A stretch of 64,000 nucleotides of DNA, from positions 146,444,001 to 146,508,000 of the forward strand of contig OX597816.1 in the NCBI GenBank assembly GCA_951406725.2, given 5' to 3'. This DNA comes from Octopus vulgaris (Eukaryota). The notes under the pieces were generated by a model that searched no databases, was not told where the DNA came from, and saw only the letters and a program-made list of their open reading frames with translations. Below are positions 59,125-64,000 of this stretch, piece after piece. Position numbers and translations under genes: made by a program. How positions within the stretch are numbered: the first letter of the stretch is position 1; every line of letters begins with the position of its first letter.

Positions 59125-59837
59125 TCAAAAATGTACGTGCATAACTATATTCATAATTTCTTATACAACAGATTCAATGAAAATTTCAGATGCATTCGCA
59201 TAGTGCACGTATAACACAACGAAACCTTAATTACTTTCAGAGTTTTCTCATCCACTAAGATAAAGTAACAGAACAACGCAAACGGTAGATAACACGGAAA
59301 AAATTACTGCCTTATTATAGATATTAAAGATATTTTGGGGAGGCTAATGAAGTTCTGAATAGTAGATGTATCAAGAATTTGGTGATCCCTAAAATGAACG
59401 AGAAATCCTGTCCAAGAATTAGGTTCAAATTTATCGGACCTGTTGGAATATATTGATATGATGACATGTTGGGAAGTCTTCCACAAATATATGCTCTCCT
59501 CGAAGTACCTCAAATTCTGAATGCAGACGTCTTATTAAGGCTTAACGGTGAATTTCTAATAGGAAAAACTACAAAAATATCCTAGTACTCTTTATCTGTA
59601 CTCTACAACGGAGAAGTTCTAGTACCAATATTGTTTCGAATCCAAGCACAATGGGGTATATCAATTTGGATGAATGTTAGTCGATTATATTAAAACTATT
59701 ATTTGGAAGGTACTATATGTTATTGACTCTGAAATAATGACAAGATATATTTTACTACATCGAAAAAATAATTAGTTAGACATTCTGAGCGACGCTTGAG
59801 TGATTCCGTCAATTCATCTGATAATAAATATTGTTTC

Positions 59838-60030
59838 TACGCCGGGCGATAATACTTAGCGCTATTTCGTCTGTCTTTACGTTCTCAGTTCAAATTCCGC
59901 CGAGGTCGACATTGCCTTTCATCCTTTCGGGGTCGATAAATTAAATACCAATTGCGTACTGGGGTCGATCTGATCGACTAGCCACCTCCCCACAAATTTC
60001 GGGCCTTGTGCCTAGAGAAGAAAAGATTAT
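59838..60030 (+). mobile_element. SINE family A copy (5'-clipped)
   Basis: gttcaaattccgccgaggtcgacattgcctttcatcctttcggggtcgataaattaaatacca. Confidence 0.9.
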
Positions 60031-60059
60031 TTAATATCATGATCCAATCTAAACAAAAA

Positions 60060-60280
60060 GGCGGCGAACTGGCAGAATCGTTAGCACGCCGGCCGAAATT
60101 TTTAGCGGTATTTGGTATGTCTTTACGTTCTGAATTCGAATTCCGCCGAAGCTAACTTTTCCTTTCATCCTTTCGGGGACGATAAAGTAAGTACCAGTTG
60201 CGTTCTGGGGTCGATCTAATCGACTCTCACCCCTCCCCTCAAAATGTCGGGCCTCGTGCCGAGAGTAGAAAAAAATAAGT
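60060..60280 (+). mobile_element. SINE family A full-length copy, tandem to the previous one
   Basis: ggcggcgaactggcagaatcgttagcacgcc..ttcgaattccgccg..cctttcatcctttcggggacgataaag.aagtaccag. Confidence 0.92.
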
Positions 60281-61803
60281 ATTGCTTCTATATTTAGACA
60301 AAAATTCAATTGCTTTGAGGGAAGGTGATTAGGTGATATTATTGGTTTCTTTAACTGTCTGGAACCCATGGGATAACAACGTTAAACTCAGCAAGATTTG
60401 AACTTTGAACGCATCTTAGAACAATTACTTAACGCAAGATATTTTCTCCAGCACTAACATTTTTCCACATTGTAGTTGGGCTTAGGGAAACTTTGCAAGA
60501 CACGTGGATTCCTCGATATATCTTAGCTTTCATATAGAGAGAACGAGGAAACGAATTAAAAAATTAAAAACTTGGTATAAGACGCAATTATATGTGTTTT
60601 ATACTGAAGGATGTTATCCTCTGCAATATCGAATGTAGATATATGATCTTTATTGTGGAAGGCGTCAAATTTGTTCTTTCATCACATAGAAATTGACAAA
60701 CTATATAACAGTAACACGTCATATCTCGCTCACATATTGAAAGGCGTATCGTCTGTATGTGTTTGTTTTGCTAGATGTTGTTAAGCTGTGAGGGAACGCG
60801 TGAGCTCATAAAGAAATATTGATTGGATATTTATGACTCGTAATTCTGTTTCCAACACTTTATACAATGTTACTTGTAGAACAAATCAGTAAAAAAAAAA
60901 TGAATCTTTAAAATGTTAACCGTATCGCCGTGTTTTTAGAGAATATGTTATTTTTATGCAATGTATCCAAATTAAAATTTATTACTCCTTTCTTTTTATG
61001 TTCATTTGCCCTGTTGTCACGCAGTACGTGTACAAAATATCAAGCAAAATTTAGAAAGAAAAATAACTAATAAAAATTATGGGAAATTGCCATAACTGTT
61101 ACTATGGTATCGAGAATACAAGAATACAAATATGCAGGGTGCCTAAAACTGAAGAAGTATTTCTGATATTTCACATCCGTCCCAGTCTCCATGTTGTTTT
61201 CAATAAAACTGAAAGCACGCCAAGTAAACAGTATACCATAAATTATGCTTAATAAGCAATAAGCTAATAAGAGTGGCATAAATATTTCATGGCATTATTC
61301 AGAAATACTGAGCACAGGGCAACTAATATGAGACTATTGTATCTGAGGAGTTACAAGTGAGTTGATGAAGTTTGTGTATTTAAGAGAATCGATTCAATGA
61401 TAACACAGTGGAGACAAGAATAATATAACTATTAGTTGAAATTTATTTATTTAGTTGGTATCAGTAATTGTTGTCACTTTAAAAAAGTCTAGTCTAGTGA
61501 AATAATCAGTAATGGAAAAATATTTAATTATTACGAATTTTCATTGGAAGTAGAATGTGGTGACGTATTAATCATGATTCGTTGACTTTTTACGACTCAG
61601 CGCCTTCACTCTAAATGTCTAACAATATTTATTTTCACCCAATTAAGTTAGCAGGCCATCTCCTGGTGACGCTGCCATTCATTTATCTAAATTATATAAA
61701 GTAAATACCAGACATGTCTGGCGGTTCATTTCCTCCATTATACTCACCTCTACGAAGTTTGTTTGGAGTATGATTAAACATTAACTGAACTATCGGCAGG
61801 AAG

Positions 61804-61806
61804 TTA

Positions 61807-61839
<33 letters not shown>

Positions 61840-62027
61840 TTAGTAGTAGTAGTAGTATGAGCCTGAGAAAGAAGAAATGTCTCAGTTGTAGTAGGAATAG
61901 TATCAGTAGTAATATTTCTAATGCAGTAAAATTAGCACAAATTATCTGAGAGAACTTTCATGTAAAATTAGTAGCATCAAGAGGTCTATTACTACTACTA
62001 CTACTACTGCTGCTGCTACTGCTGCTG

Positions 62028-62090
<63 letters not shown>

Positions 62091-62175
62091 GCACTAGCAT
62101 TACTACTACTACTAGCATTGCCACTAGCAATACTACTACTACTACTACTACTACTACTATTACTGCTGCTACTGC
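61804..62175. repeat. (TAG)n and (TAC)n tracts in opposite orientation
   Basis: (TAG)n at 61804-61857 and (TAC)n at ~61990-62175. Confidence 0.9.
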
Positions 62176-62564
62176 TTTTATTTACTAATGTTTTATCAAA
62201 TTACTCTTCACCTGCTATGCCAACAGTCATCGATAATCATTGATCACCGTTTTGTATATATTATCTCTATATCAAACTGTCTATATATCAAACTGCTTAA
62301 ACCATAATCTCCCAATTGCTCTTCTCTGGCTTGGTCTTCCCTGTTAGGTTTTCAACACAAAGCTATATAATGCTCAAAAACTCATCATTTCAGTATGAAG
62401 AAATTTTCTGATACTTTCTCCTACCAGAATACAAAAATTTCATTGTCCTAGAGGGAGAAAGCCGTGCTGTATTCGTAATACACATAAAGGTGTGGATAGT
62501 TAATATACAGAAGAAATACATTAACCTGATTGTTTAGGTTTGGGATGGACAGAAAGAGAGAGAG

Positions 62565-62626
<62 letters not shown>

Positions 62627-64000
62627 AGACACACACACGCACACAATCAGAGACAGGTAGTCAGACAATAACTGAAAAAGAAAGATGCTATTGAGTTCAC
62701 AATAGCAACGTATATTAAGGTATTTTCTTTTTACAAAGGGATCTTGTTGAACGTCAACATGTTGATTTACCATGTGGCTTACAGGGAAATGACAGTTTTA
62801 CATTAGAATATAATTATATATAATATATAAATATGTATGTTTTCAAACCCGATGAATCACATCGTCACTCTGTGAACTTTGCTTACCGATCTTTGCCGAA
62901 GTTATGCTTAAGATGTAATTTCCAAGACACGCCCATTGGAGAAGGTATTTGAAATATATTTTTCTTCGTGGACTTCAAACCAGAAAGTAGCCAACTGACA
63001 AAGACAGTTCTTTTCGATTCTGACCACCAGATATGTGAATATTTATACATGTGCGTGTGTAGATACAGTTGAACTGAAGTAGAAGTTGTGCACACTAATT
63101 CCTGGCATGTGCACGCGCGAGTGTCCAGATATTCTTTATGTATGTAGTATGAAAATGTACATATTTTCATTCCATGGGGTACCAAATAGAGAATCCCTGG
63201 TATATTTTAAAAGGTTTTTATTTTATCTTTAATCGTTCCTATTTGGAGAAAGAATACCTCTTCGTTATCTAGTGAACGCTGTCGTTTCTGCTTTTTTTTT
63301 ATGCAAACCAGTTCATACTCGACCGTATGCAATTACGATAGTGAGTACAATTTGAAATATAGTCTGAATTTAAGTGCACTATATTTTACAGTAGTTTTGC
63401 TTTAGATGTCTTTTTCCTATACTTTAAAAGAGACATCCATATTGGTCGTGCAGCTAATTGATGCAGCAGTTCATGTTCTTTACACTTTATTTCCGTACTA
63501 CAATACTGGAATAATTGTGCTTGCACTAGGATGCTGTTTCTTTCGCTATGTTCCGCCAATATTTTTGTTTTATTGTATAGATATATTATATTTCTTGTGC
63601 GTGTTTCGTAACGCTATCACAATACTTCTGGTGTAAGCATTGTAGATAGGTTTAATGAATATGTTCTCGTATTGCAAAAGTATTAGCTTGCGGATATTTT
63701 TGACAGCAGATGTTGATATCGTGGGTGGGGGTGTATTTCGCAATGGAATAGCTCTACCGACAATTTCTGTTATTCTTTCATCATAGAGAGGCGTCTTTAT
63801 CTCTGGAGCTGAACAGCAATTTTGTAGCTGGTTAGAAAAATTGTTGGGTTCTAGTTGAAAACTAAACTATTTATTACAGTTTCAGGAGAGGGTAGTCATC
63901 CGGTGAATGTGGCTGGTGTGCTCTAGTTTTCGAACTTATATATTTTTGTAACATTCTAGGCTGGCATAGCGAGTTTCTTTTCTTCACATTTTTGCTTAGG

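Noticed and set aside
59440-59540. GSLPQIYALLEV resembling the Penelope RT 'P.LYGLPKIHK' motif
   Set aside because: Similarity is too short and degenerate to assert without a profile search.
62883-63185. Minus-strand 100 aa ORF ending near a GTAAGC donor-like site
   Set aside because: No recognisable protein similarity and no convincing acceptor; cannot support an exon call.

Overview
This is AT-rich, microsatellite-saturated eukaryotic DNA, not prokaryotic. The SINE, LINE and microsatellite repertoire suggests an octopod cephalopod (inference). I found no host protein-coding exon, rRNA, bona fide tRNA or CRISPR array; nearly all track ORFs are translations of (TA)n/(TG)n/(TAA)n repeats. The window is mostly decayed mobile DNA: Tc1/mariner copies (DD37D maT-like, DD41D rosa-like, DD34D mariner), RTE, CR1-like and R4/Dong LINE fragments, a Helitron Rep fragment, three tRNA-derived SINE families and MITE/foldback elements. 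Best leads: (1) short TA-associated elements with minimal type I hammerhead-ribozyme (HHR) motifs, including a family-wide non-canonical CUGUYGA-A core in 4 copies, a U3-A8 HHR pair in a ~440 bp palindrome, a ~390 nt HHR-to-HHR unit, and a possible tRNA-head + HHR-tail SINE split by nested (TAA)n-targeted insertions; (2) a recursive-splice-site-like motif (branch point, pyrimidine tract, TAG|GTAAGT) at 50223/50224. All family names come from visual motif recognition, not database searches; element boundaries are approximate.
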